Source of the DNA: an uncultured bacterium
GTDB lineage: Bacteria > Zixibacteria > MSB-5A5 > CAIYYT01
Length of the DNA: 64,000 nucleotides
NCBI GenBank assembly: GCA_963726455.1
Contig: CAVSCK010000001.1
Location: forward strand, 62,004 to 126,003
Direction: 5' to 3'
Positions 43,425-54,246 of this stretch are shown here, piece after piece. Below the pieces are notes generated by a model. It was not told the DNA's origin. It saw only the letters and a list, made by a program, of their open reading frames with translations, and searched no databases. Position 1 is the first letter of the stretch; each line of letters begins with the position of its first letter. The translations under genes were made by a program, and so were the position numbers.

Positions 43425-43769
43425 ATGCCAGACGTGCTATTCTTCCTGTTGCTCGCGCACGTTTTCGGTGATTACGCGCTGCAAACGGATTACATGGCCA
43501 AGACCAAGGGGGATTCGCCCCTGGTGCTGTCATTGCACGTGTTGATTTACACGGTTACGATCGGGGTGCTCTGGTGGGTCGGCAGCAGATTCAACGGCGT
43601 CAAAGGTTTCTTCACGCCCATACAATTGCTGGTACTCGCAGGGCTTTACGTTCAACACTGGCTGCAAGACTATATCAAGATGAACAAGTCCAACGGCAGC
43701 AAGCAGGGATTCTTTATGGATCAGGCGCTGCACTTGGCCGTGCTCTATGTGATCAGAATTCTGTTTTAA
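43425..43769 (+). CDS. DUF3307 family membrane protein
   Basis: AHVFGDY.LQ, LH..IY, QH..QD, DQALH. Confidence 0.88.
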   Translation: MPDVLFFLLLAHVFGDYALQTDYMAKTKGDSPLVLSLHVLIYTVTIGVLWWVGSRFNGVKGFFTPIQLLVLAGLYVQHWLQDYIKMNKSNGSKQGFFMDQALHLAVLYVIRILF

Positions 43770-43779
43770 AGGCGGGGCA

Positions 43780-46700
43780 ATGAATCGGCAGATTACTTCA
43801 TATCTACCGCGACTGTTGCTGGACTGGTATGCATCCAAGCCACCAACGGAATGCCATCGTTACACCAGGCACAGCGGAACACTTCTGTTCGCCGACACCA
43901 GCGGTTTTACGGCGTTGACGCGGGTATTAGGACGCCAAGGAAAGATCGGTTTTGAGACGTTAACGCATTTGCTAAATGGTCTGTTCAGAGCGCTGGAATC
44001 GGCGACAACCCCGTTCGCCGGTGACATTCTGAAGTTTTCCGGTGATGCAGTCTGGTGTCTGCTTCCGGAAACGGCTCCAGTCGAGCGCGTTTTTGCGCGG
44101 ATGCTGTATGCAGTGGAGCGCCTCAACGATCAGACCTCGATCTGCCGCCAACATCCGCTGTCGTTGCATGCCGGCGCAGTAAGGGGCGAGTTTGCGCTGG
44201 TGACCTTCGGCGATCCCGCAAACCGACTGGAATTTGAAATTGTCGGCAGCAAGGTGATGCAGGCGTATTCGGCCTGTGACCTGGCAAAGGCAGGGGAAAT
44301 CGCTTTACACTCTTCCATCAACACCGACAGGGCGACCATGAGAGGTGAGCGCGGAGAATCCGATTATCGAATCGTCCGCCCCGCCAGCGAACCATTTGCA
44401 GACAGTTCGGATTCGGTGATGCTGCCGAGTGATCCGACGACCGGTGATCTCGCAATGGTCGAGAAATATCTGCCGCAGGTTCTGCTGGCGAGAAAGCGGG
44501 AACGCGGATCGAGCCAGGTCTTTGGGAGCGAGCATCGCCAGGTAGCGGCATTGTTCGCCGAATTGCGACTCCCCTCTTCCGAGCGGAACGTTCCCGATGA
44601 GTCACTCATTGCGAACGCCAATGCCAAAATCATTGAGATCATGGAAGTGATCAGAAATCACAATGGCATTGTCGCGCGAGTCGATCCCTTTGCGGACGGA
44701 CACAAGCTCCTGGCTCTGTTTGGCGCGCTGGCAAAGAGCAACTCCGACAAGTTGAATGCGTTGCAGGCAGGCGTAGACGTCGCGCGACAAAGTTGTCCCG
44801 AGTCACGGGTTAGAGTAGGATTGGCGGCAGGGCCGCTGTATTGCGGCGAAGTAGGTTCAGATTTGCGCCATGAGTATACCGTGATGGGAGAAGCGGTCAA
44901 TCTGGCAGCGAGGTTGATGTCGCGTGCAAGTGAAGGAGACGTGCTACTGAATGATGCGCTGTACGAAAGTCTGCGGGATGTCACTGACATTTCGGAAGTG
45001 CGGGTGAATCTTAAGGGTATCGGTGATGAGGTCGTCGTATACAAGTTTGATTCGTGGCGACAGACAGCGATTGGGCTGCCTGCGGTACCGGAGCTTGTCG
45101 GCAGGGAAGATACTCTGGCAGAATTGCAGAGCGTGTGGGATTCGCGAACAGGAGACTCCGCCAAATACGTTCTGTTGAGCGGCGAGCCGGGTGTTGGCAA
45201 AACTTCGGTCTCGGCCGCCTTCGCACGCAAGGTGTCAGAACAGGGTACCGTTTACCTTTCGGCCTATGGTTCGCAACTTCACCATCCCGGATGGCTAATC
45301 ACAGAATTATTGAAAGCAGAATGTGCAGGCACTGAGATGTCAGCCGGTCAATGTATTGACACCGTCGCATTCCTGAGGTCCAGAGTCGAACCAAACTGGC
45401 TGCCGTTGTTCGATCAATTGACTGGGCGTTTGGCGCCTGACAACGAATGGACGCGCGGGCTATCGCCGGAACTGCGTATCGCCAAGTTGAGCGGCATAGT
45501 CAGTAATTTGCTGGCATCAAACTGTGACGACCGCCTGATAATCATAGATGATATGGAATCTGCTGACTCGCTTTCGGTTTTGATATTGAAAGAACTTGTC
45601 AAGAGTTCGTCTAGGTGCAAGTCGATGTTGATACTGGTCGGTAGTGGGCTGGATGAGTTCGACAGGGGAGAGCATTGCCGACAGATTCATCTTGACGGAC
45701 TGGACCATGACGCTCTGACGGAATTGATCGGAGCACGATTCGTCAAGGGTGCACGCGAGCTGGAATTGACGAAGCTGCTGATCGAGCGCTCAGAAGGGAA
45801 TCCGCTTTACATTGGCGATACCTTAGACCAGTTGACGACTTCCGGTGCGATTGGAAATCTTACCGATCCGGTCAAATGTGATGTTCTGAAGCCACTTGAC
45901 GAAATCATACTGGCAGATCGCCTTGAAGACCTGCAATTGTCGCGACTGGATGCCCTGCCCGAGTCACACCGACAAGTCCTAAAGATGGCGTCAGTGATTG
46001 GAGGCAAGTTCACGGCGAAGCAACTACGCGGGCTTATCGAACAAGATTATGCGAGTGCGATCGCAGGTATACTCGATGAACTGTGCGCGGTGGGGTTGTT
46101 GTCCTGCGACCCGGCAGTCGGAAGTTATAATGTATCGCGCGAATTGACCAAGCAGGCGATTTACAACTGCATTCCGCAGACCGACCTGGGTCCACTGCAC
46201 AGGCAGATCGCAGAGATGTTTTTGGCTGAAGAAGGAATGTCAGATGTCCTGCGAATCGCTTTCCATTTCTCCCGATGCGACGACCCCGTTCGTGCTTTTG
46301 ACTGGTCACTTAAAGCCGCGGAATTCGCAAGATCCAGCGGATTGCTGGTGGAAGCGGCTGCCTATTTCAGCAAGTGCGACCGAATTCTTGGCGGAGATGC
46401 AGCCGGCGAAATCGGAATAACTTCGCAAGTTGAGTTCTATCGACAGGCCACCGATTTTGCGTTGCAGGATGGCAACTATAGTGATGCCCGCCGTTACGCG
46501 CACTATTGGCGCAAGTTGTCGCTTAAGTTAAATCAGATGTCCAGTTGCCACGCCGCAGTGAATGCGCTGGCGCGAATTCTCTGGAAGCAGTCGAGGTACG
46601 TCCGCTGTCAGCAAGTGCTGGACAAAATCCTCGCGCAAGACCAGACCGAAGAGAGCAGATCGCAACTCGCCGAGAGTTATTCATTGCTGGGTGAACTGCA

Positions 46701-47836
46701 GAGACGAACGGGAAAGCTGGCGGAGGCGCAGACGTCCTGCCACCGTGCCGTTGAACTCGCACGAAGCGGCGTCGATCGACTTGTCGAATCGGACGCCACG
46801 AACAACCTCGGGCTGGCGCTCTGGTCATCGGGAGATTTGGCTGGCGCGCGCGAGTGTTTCCTGCGCAGTCTCGAACTGCGCGCGGCGAACGAATCGAAGT
46901 ATGCCGAGGCGAGAGTGGCAAATAACACGGCGATCATTTCCGAGGAAATGGGCGACTATGTTGAAGCGAGACGGCTAGCCAAGAACGCCAAAGATATCTT
47001 TATGGAGATAGGCGATCGCCGCAATCAGGCGTACGCCAGCGGGACGCTGGCGAATCTGCTGGTCAGTTGCGGCTGGTATCGTGAGGCGACCGAGCTCTAT
47101 CATTCCGCCGACCGGATCTTCGTAAAGTCAGGTGAGACGCACCCGCATTATTACACGCTGGGAAACTTGGGTGACCTTGATCTGCTGCTGGGGTTTGCGG
47201 ATGATGCGTTCGCCAAGTATCAGGAAGTGTTCGCCTTTGCCAAAGATGCCGGCGACCAGGAATTGCTGGCGGAAATGGCGGTTCGTTTTGCCGAACACAC
47301 CTACTACTACCTGAATCAGCAGGCGGAAGCGGTTGCATTGTACGAGAAGGCAATTGAGACCGCGAAAAACGTGGGATCGCTGGAGTTTCAGGTGCGCGGG
47401 ACAATCGGACTGTGCCGGGTGCTGATCGGCATTCGTGATATGCGGAAGACGGATATTGCCATCGGGCAGTTGATCGAATATGCGCGTGAAAGCAAGTCAG
47501 ACCGGACGCGTTATGAGGCCGAATTTCTGACGGGTGAACTGTTACGGATAATGGGAAGAAACTCGTCGGCTGCTTCGTATTATAGGAATTGCATCGCCTA
47601 TGCGGAAAAGCAGCAGCAATTTGAACTCACGCTTGAAATGTTACACACGAATGTTCGAGGCGGACTTGACTTTGCAGGAGGAAGCCGCTCACGGACTCAA
47701 GGCGTTGCTCGACAATTTCCGTGCGGTCAACGGATCGGAGATGCTGAAGACGGCAATGAATTCCCGTTACTTCCAATTTTTCCAACGGACGTTGCGCCAA
47801 GTATCGGGCAGCGTCGCCGAGGGGATTTCCCGATAG
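43780..47836 (+). CDS. Double class III nucleotidyl cyclase + AAA/STAND ATPase + TPR protein; probable frameshift near 47633 (uncorrected ORF runs to 47922)
   Basis: FADTSGFT, KFSGDA, GEAVNLAARL; LVGRE, GEPGVGKT, IIIDD, GNPLY; TPRs; +1 frame gives a helical-looking tail ending at 47836. Confidence 0.88.
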
Positions 47837-47981
47837 GTTGTTGGAAGGCTCCCATATTTTCCCCCAAAAAGTTAGCTGTTCAATTCTTGTGTTCAGGACG
47901 CGCACAAGATATCGGCCCGTAAGCTGTTTGTAATCGCGGTCTTACAAATTTGACCTCAAATTGTTTTGTCCCGAAACAGTT

Positions 47982-47997
47982 CGGCAACCTCTTTGCA
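47982..47997 (+). promoter_or_regulatory. Sigma54-type -24/-12 promoter
   Basis: cGGCAACCTCTTTGCA = GG-N10-GC with a TTGCA -12 box, 65 nt before the lipoprotein ATG. Confidence 0.55.
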
Positions 47998-48062
47998 ACT
48001 TCACAGCCAAACGATTAGACCCTTGACCGTATCAGGCCGAAAGGCCGGAAGGAGGAAATCTG

Positions 48063-48632
48063 ATGAGATCGCCGCACCGTAGATGGCACGTTTCGATTTT
48101 CGCTGTACTGCTGGCAATCTCCATTTCGATGGCATTTATAGCCGGCTGTTCCCCGAACGGCACCGCACCGAACCGGGAAGACGCTTTACAGAATAAGCTG
48201 GATTGGCTGACCGCGTTTGATCCGGCGAATAACGCCGATAAGGGGCCTGTAAACGGGAACTTCAGCCCGGTACTTGTGGACACGGTACTTGCCGGCACGT
48301 TTGGTTCCCAGGGTGGAGTCCTGGCCCTCTTTCATGACAGAAGCAGACTCCAAGTGACGTTTCCGGCCGGCTGCCTGGATGTAGAGACGTTGATCACGAT
48401 CCACGTTACTGAAATTGCGTCACCGTTTGGCCCGTTCTGGGTTCTTGATTGCGGTCCCGACGGCACCGTCTTTGTGAAGCCGATTTCGGTGACGGTTACG
48501 CCTGGAAGCGCTTCGGCTCTCTTCTATTTCAACGATTCGACCGGGGCCTGGGAAGTTCAGCAGGTGGTTTCGGCCAAGACCGTGAACCCGCACTTCTTTA
48601 TCTACCACTTCTCGAAGTATGGGATCTCGTAG
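48063..48632 (+). CDS. Lipoprotein with a ZU5-like beta domain
   Basis: Lipobox IAGC; FPAG.L, GPDGTVF.KP, HFSKY; GGAGG RBS; fold assignment tentative. Confidence 0.72.
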   Translation: MRSPHRRWHVSIFAVLLAISISMAFIAGCSPNGTAPNREDALQNKLDWLTAFDPANNADKGPVNGNFSPVLVDTVLAGTFGSQGGVLALFHDRSRLQVTFPAGCLDVETLITIHVTEIASPFGPFWVLDCGPDGTVFVKPISVTVTPGSASALFYFNDSTGAWEVQQVVSAKTVNPHFFIYHFSKYGIS

Positions 48633-48664
48633 CGATTAGTCGGAGGTAATGACACAATGTCTTG

Positions 48665-48700
48665 AGCCCCGGGCGCGTTCGCCCGGGGCTTTTTTATTTT
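48665..48700 (+). terminator. Rho-independent terminator
   Basis: agccccgggcg-cgtt-cgcccggggct followed by a T-tract. Confidence 0.85.
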
Positions 48701-48901
48701 CGGGCGCACGGCTAGCCGCTCTAATAATACAGTGTGGCATTTTGGGACAGACGACCGCCGAGGGATCGTATGCGAATAATTTGAGAATCACATCTTGATT
48801 CAAAAGATACCCCCATCTCCCACGAAACGATTTGACTTCCGTATTATGTCGTAATGCAGGCGAAAAGGCATTGACGTATGTTGCAGAGAGGAGGTGACAA
48901 G

Positions 48902-49522
48902 ATGAGAAAGACAATCTTTGCAGCACTATTCATACTTGCATTCGCGGCAAGCTCCTATGCTGAGAGCATGTGGCAACCGGTGTTGTACGCCGGTGGTGGT
49001 GCGGCGATACCGACCAGCAAGTTCAAAGACACGCACAAGACGGGATTTGACCTTGGCGGCGGAGCGGGCGTCATTTATAACAACATGCTGGAGTTTTCAG
49101 CCAACGCCTATTACAGTCGATTCCCGTTGGATCAGAGCAAGTTTCTTACCAATTTTCCAAGCGGTTCTACGGTAAGTGGCGGAGCTTCGAAGATCCTCAA
49201 CATCGGTGGGCAGGTAAAGTACTACATACCGACCGGTAGTAGCAGTGCGATGAAACTTATGCCGTACATCGTGGGACGGCTTGGCGCTGCTCATCTGACT
49301 CAGAGTGATCTGACAGTTATGACGAACGGCGTTTCGACTACCGCATCGTCTAGTGGTCTAACTAAGTTTACGTATGGAGTCGGTATCGGCACCAACATCG
49401 AGGTGAATCCGAACCTTGGTCTTTGGGTCGAGGGAAGATTCACCGGTGTTAGCACGCCAGTAGCTAAGACCGACTATATTCCGATTCAAGCCGGCATTCG
49501 TTACGTGTTTGGTAAAGAGTAA
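48902..49522 (+). CDS. Eight-stranded outer membrane beta-barrel protein
   Basis: Signal peptide, alternating beta strands, AGIRYVF near the C-terminus. Confidence 0.82.
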   Translation: MRKTIFAALFILAFAASSYAESMWQPVLYAGGGAAIPTSKFKDTHKTGFDLGGGAGVIYNNMLEFSANAYYSRFPLDQSKFLTNFPSGSTVSGGASKILNIGGQVKYYIPTGSSSAMKLMPYIVGRLGAAHLTQSDLTVMTNGVSTTASSSGLTKFTYGVGIGTNIEVNPNLGLWVEGRFTGVSTPVAKTDYIPIQAGIRYVFGKE

Positions 49523-49539
49523 TATTAACAGAAGCGGAG

Positions 49540-49577
49540 ACGGCCGGGTTCCGCAAGGAGCGCGGCCGTTTTCGTTT
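49540..49577 (+). terminator. Probable terminator
   Basis: acggccg...cggccgt stem followed by tttcgttt. Confidence 0.6.
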
Positions 49578-49637
49578 CTATGACGATTTAGTGACAGTTC
49601 ACACTTCGTGACATCGACAATGATTTAGGGATTCAAT

Positions 49638-49698
49638 AGAAAAGGGAGAGGGTGGCGAATCCTCCCGGTTACTGAAACCGAGAACAATTCACCACCCT
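49638..49698 (-). terminator. Probable terminator of the rubrerythrin gene
   Basis: agggtggcgaat...attcaccaccct stem with a pyrimidine tract on the minus strand. Confidence 0.45.
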
Positions 49699-49715
49699 GG
49701 CGAAGAGAATGGATA

Positions 49716-50339
49716 TTACGATACGGTAACGAATCTGTCTTTGGAGGTCATGCAGATCGCGCAACGGTCAGGCGAAGAGCTTTCGTAGGTGTTGCCGCAC
49801 GTCGGGCAAACCATATACTGACCGGCGAGGGTTCCCTCGGCGTTTTTCTTCAACGCATCCAGCGCCTTGGCGTAAAGCACTTTGTGATTCTGTTCGGTCT
49901 GATAAGCATAGTTGAAGGAAATGCCGGCTAAAGCGATTTTGGATTCGCCGGCGCGTTTGATGAATTCGGGGTACATAGTGGCAACTTCGTATGTTTCGCC
50001 TTTGATGGCGTCTGCGAGATTCTCAGCGGTAGTTTTCACTTCGAATTTGGGAGTGACCTCAGGTGCTTTGTCGCCAAGTTGTTCCAGGACGGCTTTGTGG
50101 TTACCGGCATGGAAGGCCTCGGATTTTGACGCGGCGCTGAAGAGCGCAGCCACTTTCAGGAAACCTTCTTCTTTGGCTTTTTCCGCATAGGCCGCGTATT
50201 TGGCGGACGCAGTGGTTTCGCCGGTGAATGCGGCTTTGAGGTCGTCGATAGTTTTGGCCTTGGCGGGAATGTCGGCGCTGAACGCCATCGCAGTTATTCC
50301 CAGCATTAATGCAATCATTAGAGCTACTGTGGTTTTCAT
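49716..50339 (-). CDS. Rubrerythrin family protein with an N-terminal signal peptide
   Basis: AF.GE, SEAFHA, GETYE..MYP, EQNH diiron motifs; CPTC/CAIC rubredoxin domain; hydrophobic leader ending AFSA. Confidence 0.88.
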   Translation of the reverse strand: MKTTVALMIALMLGITAMAFSADIPAKAKTIDDLKAAFTGETTASAKYAAYAEKAKEEGFLKVAALFSAASKSEAFHAGNHKAVLEQLGDKAPEVTPKFEVKTTAENLADAIKGETYEVATMYPEFIKRAGESKIALAGISFNYAYQTEQNHKVLYAKALDALKKNAEGTLAGQYMVCPTCGNTYESSSPDRCAICMTSKDRFVTVS

Positions 50340-50442
50340 TTGATATCTACCTTTCTCTTTTGGTTTTGTTCTTTCCTATGCCGGTCGTATTGTTTACCGA
50401 GAGAGCGAATCCGTTTTCGGATCGACCGACGCGCCTCTCTGA

Positions 50443-50940
50443 TTAGATGGAGCCCTCTTTTTCGTTGGTTGAATCTGTGTTGGACTCGCTTCCGAGCCCG
50501 AAATCAAGTTGTACTCCGGCAGCGTGCCTGAATACTAATTCTCCTCCGTAATAGCCGGTGCGTGCAATGGACAGCACCCCCAGGAGGACAACCAGTACCA
50601 TGCCCCAGCGGAGCCGGCCAGTGAACCACCCTTTGAAATGTACAAGCAGTCTTGCGAGCGTAATTCCGATTACGAGCCAGAGCGTCAGGGTCGCTGCGTC
50701 CTCGTGAGTTTCCAGCGCCGTCTTCAATGCGCCCGCTTCTTCAACACCGTCACCCGCGAGGTTTCCGGTCACATAAGATGCGACCAGCCCCAGGGCGCCG
50801 AGAGTCAGGAGCAGCATCGCCATGTTCGTGAAGAAGTGCCGCTTCGTGATAACTCCGGTTACTTCGGAGACAAATCCGACGATGATCAGGGCAATCGGAA
50901 AGTGCACAATCATCGGGTGCAAATGAACAGGATCAATCAT
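50443..50940 (-). CDS. DUF2231 family membrane protein
   Basis: HPMIVHFPIAL, HE, TGYYGGELVF; four TM helices. Confidence 0.85.
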   Translation of the reverse strand: MIDPVHLHPMIVHFPIALIIVGFVSEVTGVITKRHFFTNMAMLLLTLGALGLVASYVTGNLAGDGVEEAGALKTALETHEDAATLTLWLVIGITLARLLVHFKGWFTGRLRWGMVLVVLLGVLSIARTGYYGGELVFRHAAGVQLDFGLGSESNTDSTNEKEGSI

Positions 50941-51186
50941 AAATTCTCGCTTTGCTACCTCCTCTTACGATTCCAAAACATATTGTCTGTTGTAAAGATT
51001 ATTCCATCCACAATCGATTCATATGGATGTAACGGAAAAATTCTAAAACGGTTCCCGGAGGTTATACGCGGAAGTTGTGGCCGATCTTGGTGCGCCAAAC
51101 GCAATCGCCGAATACTGGAATGCAATTTCGGCAGGAGTGGATGCTTTCAGTCAGCAATCAAGAGCTGATGAGTTTTGTTGTCGGGT

Positions 51187-51825
51187 CTACTTCTTCGGAT
51201 ATCCCACCGACTGCGCTAGAATCACTTTCTGATCGGGGCGCAGTTTCATCACTTTGGACATTTCGTCGCGGTTGACCGATCCACGCACAACGGTAGCGAG
51301 GCCAGCGGAGGCGCAGTACAAGTAGACATTCTCGCTGATAAAGGCGGCATCGGCGGCGTTGTAGAAGTCTTTATCGGAGCCGCCGCGCGTGACTTTGGCA
51401 TTGTCTGCAACATAGATGAGATTCACCGGAACTTCTTTAACGAAAGGTTGCATCCCGGTCTTTTCACGAATGTCGTCGGGTAAAATCTGAATCAGGGCGT
51501 GCTTGAGCGGATCGTAGAGAAACAGACCATTGGTGGTGGCGACGTAAACTTCGATTTCCTGCCAATTCATGGCCGACGGAGCGGTACGTTTCTTGTCGTC
51601 AGCACGGTTGATGCCACAGGCAGCCCAAAGCAAGTTGCCGAGCACAGAGAGCGACAACGTGTCTTTGCTATATTCGCGCGTGGACTGGCGCAACTTTAGC
51701 GCCTGCATCAAGGGCTTGCCGCCGGTGGTGTCGGGCGCCGGGAGCAAGATCAATTTGAGATCCTGTGCCGTAGCGGAAACGTACACAAGCAGAAGAAACA
51801 CTGAGAACGATAGAATCTTCTTCAT
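51187..51825 (-). CDS. Nitroreductase-like (SagB/ThcOx-type) flavoprotein with signal peptide
   Basis: R.STREY, LWAACGINR, RTAPSA, ENVYL, QSVGYP. Confidence 0.88.
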   Translation of the reverse strand: MKKILSFSVFLLLVYVSATAQDLKLILLPAPDTTGGKPLMQALKLRQSTREYSKDTLSLSVLGNLLWAACGINRADDKKRTAPSAMNWQEIEVYVATTNGLFLYDPLKHALIQILPDDIREKTGMQPFVKEVPVNLIYVADNAKVTRGGSDKDFYNAADAAFISENVYLYCASAGLATVVRGSVNRDEMSKVMKLRPDQKVILAQSVGYPKK

Positions 51826-51901
51826 GAAAACAACTCCTGACTAATGGTTGAATCCAGGTATTTGAGCATGGTCGTATCTTGCGTCCGGCCTCGGTAGCGT
51901 A

Positions 51902-53062
51902 TCACTTGATCTCGTCAGTTGACTGATAGAAGCCGTCGTAAAGCGATTTGATCTGACCCGGTCCCAGATTGTCGGCCCGAATATTCCGAATCAGGAAATC
52001 GCGGAACGTCTCATGCTTGTCGTTAAAATGCTCTCGCTTCATAACCTGATACAGTGCCACCGCAAAGACGTGCATGCCGTCATCGTCTTGCTTCCACCGC
52101 TTGTGAGGTTCACGCTCGATCTTGAGTTGCTCTTCGATTATCTGTTCGAGCGCCTGCACACAATCCTCTTCGATAAATCCGGGCAGCAAGTTGTACCCGA
52201 ACGACGGATTGTGATTTCGCACTTTGTCCATCAGGAATTCGTCCTTGGACAACAGGTCGATGGCGGCGACTACGGTGCTGTCATCCATTGACGGCACCGG
52301 CGGATGCATCATTTCATGTACCGCATTGCGCACGACAATTTCGAAGGGATAGGATACATCAGTCAGGAAGCGCATCCCCGTGATCTTGATCCCGTGCGGC
52401 TGGGCGTAATAGAGCATGTATACCGTGATCTTGTTTGACGGCAGCGGGTAGCCCAGGGCATTCTCGATCGAGGGAATGATATTGTATCTGGGCAGCAGAC
52501 CCCCGATCGAATCGATTCGCGCCTTTTCGATCGGCAGAATCGTCGTGCGCCAATAATCCTCGAACTTGATCTCCCGGAGGAATTGAATGACGGTAACGAG
52601 ATCGGTTCGCACCGATTCATAGAGCCGCCAGTCTTCGTCGGAGTAGTAAGGAGTCTGCTTCAGACCCGCCTGCATTTTCGAACTCTCGGCCAGGGTCGCG
52701 AGAAGATCATTCAGAGTCGAATCATCCGTAGCGGAAAAATACAGACAAAGCGTCGCCGAAATGATCGACTGATTTTCGTCCTTGATCTTCCGCTTCAGAT
52801 TCGCCAGCGCCGTCTTTGCCACAGGTGTCAGCTTTGGCAGGAATTTGGCGTACTCGTCCTTGTAGTAATCCACATAGAAAGAATCACCGGTCAAAACGTT
52901 TAAGAAACAGAGCGCATCAAAAGCAAGCGAAGGGACGATGCTCCATTCAGTCACTTGATGAGTCTTCGAGACGGGCATTACTTTTTGATTCTCGGACATG
53001 GCTGTTGCGGTCAGTACGAAAGCAATAAGTATGAAGGTGGAAAAGAACAGCCGCAGAGACAT
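51902..53062 (-). CDS. Exported hypothetical protein, possible zincin metallopeptidase
   Basis: Signal peptide; VHEMMH followed downstream by EE. Confidence 0.65.
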   Translation of the reverse strand: MSLRLFFSTFILIAFVLTATAMSENQKVMPVSKTHQVTEWSIVPSLAFDALCFLNVLTGDSFYVDYYKDEYAKFLPKLTPVAKTALANLKRKIKDENQSIISATLCLYFSATDDSTLNDLLATLAESSKMQAGLKQTPYYSDEDWRLYESVRTDLVTVIQFLREIKFEDYWRTTILPIEKARIDSIGGLLPRYNIIPSIENALGYPLPSNKITVYMLYYAQPHGIKITGMRFLTDVSYPFEIVVRNAVHEMMHPPVPSMDDSTVVAAIDLLSKDEFLMDKVRNHNPSFGYNLLPGFIEEDCVQALEQIIEEQLKIEREPHKRWKQDDDGMHVFAVALYQVMKREHFNDKHETFRDFLIRNIRADNLGPGQIKSLYDGFYQSTDEIK

Positions 53063-53177
53063 AAGCGATCCTCCCCAGGGTTTTCGAATGTCGAAACCCC
53101 GCTGGTTTGAGTATACGGATTCTGATTGCGGAAAGTGAATGGATTTCCGAGATAAAGCGACCGAACCAACCGATCTC

Positions 53178-54105
53178 TTAGAACAGGTTTAGCCCAAGGA
53201 TAACAACGCTCTTTTCGGTTTGGGTTCCATACAGATGTTGCTCGATTGGGATCTGTACAGACAATGAGACAGTCAGAGCGTTGGCAGCTGTGTAGTGGAT
53301 GCTCGGTGTCAGATAGGTCACCCAACCGCCGGTATTTTCGGCCCGTAACTCCGCCGTCGGAATCCCAACGGGCATAGCGTCCATTGATTTGCACTGGACG
53401 ATGAGATTTGCCGCGCCAGAGGGTGAGTGGCTCCTAGGTTGTAAAGAAACGAGTTGCCATAGTGGTAGCCGAATCGATTCGTTCCGGAGTGGCGATAGTA
53501 TATGCTCGAGAAGACAGGCACAGCATGAATGGAACGTGCCAGCAGGCCACCGACTTGCCAGTCGTAACTTCCGGTGCCCGGCTGCAAATGCTCGTCCAGT
53601 CTTTGGCCGTCCCTTTTGATGCTGTTTTGTCCGGTCGGGAGTTTGAGGAGGACAGCTAGGCCGTAGTGGATAGGCTCCTCGAGATCAATTACCATGATTC
53701 GTCAGTCCAGGTGGTCGATAGAAGGGCATCTCCGATGCCGGCGCTACGTTCAATTGCCGGACCCATTTGTGAAGACCTTTGCATCTTCTTGAAGACGTAG
53801 GGTAGTTCCGCCGCCAGGCCGATTCGGTTGGTCGCCCGAAAACCGATACGGACTGTAGGGCGTATGTCGCGTTCTGACTCAGTGCCGATTCCCTCATCTG
53901 CGCTCAGGGCGTTTGACTTATTGCTCATGTAGTTCTGCAGCGTCAGAGCAAACCGCTCTTGCGTCTGACGATGGGCGAATGCCGAATCTAGCTGAGACAT
54001 AATGAATGCCTTGTCGCCACAGGCGCATTCGGAACAGCCACGCGCCGGAAGGCATTCGATAAAAACAAGCGCCGCTAACGGCATCAGAATCAAACGAAAC
54101 GACAT
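53178..54105 (-). pseudogene. Outer membrane beta-barrel 'transporter' (MetA-pathway-like) split by three frameshifts; pseudogene or assembly error
   Basis: Signal peptide + CSECAC, GIGD, KLPTG, LQPGTGSYD, NTGG and terminal Phe spread over four frame segments (breaks near 53700, 53395, 53343). Confidence 0.7.
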
Positions 54106-54246
54106 ACAATAACCCCTTATGAATTGGCGTGTCATTTACACAAACCGGAATGCCATCTGAGGGTTCCCGGATAGATTAGTTCGTCGTTCCCAGCACTGTC
54201 CCTTTTTCCCCCACACTCCTCGAAATGCCTTGCTCTCTGTTCATCT

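Noticed and set aside
41968-47836. Pycsar or CBASS anti-phage system
   Set aside because: The cyclase is a double-domain STAND type and the cNMP reader is a histidine kinase, not a TM or TIR effector; a defence role is untested rather than supported
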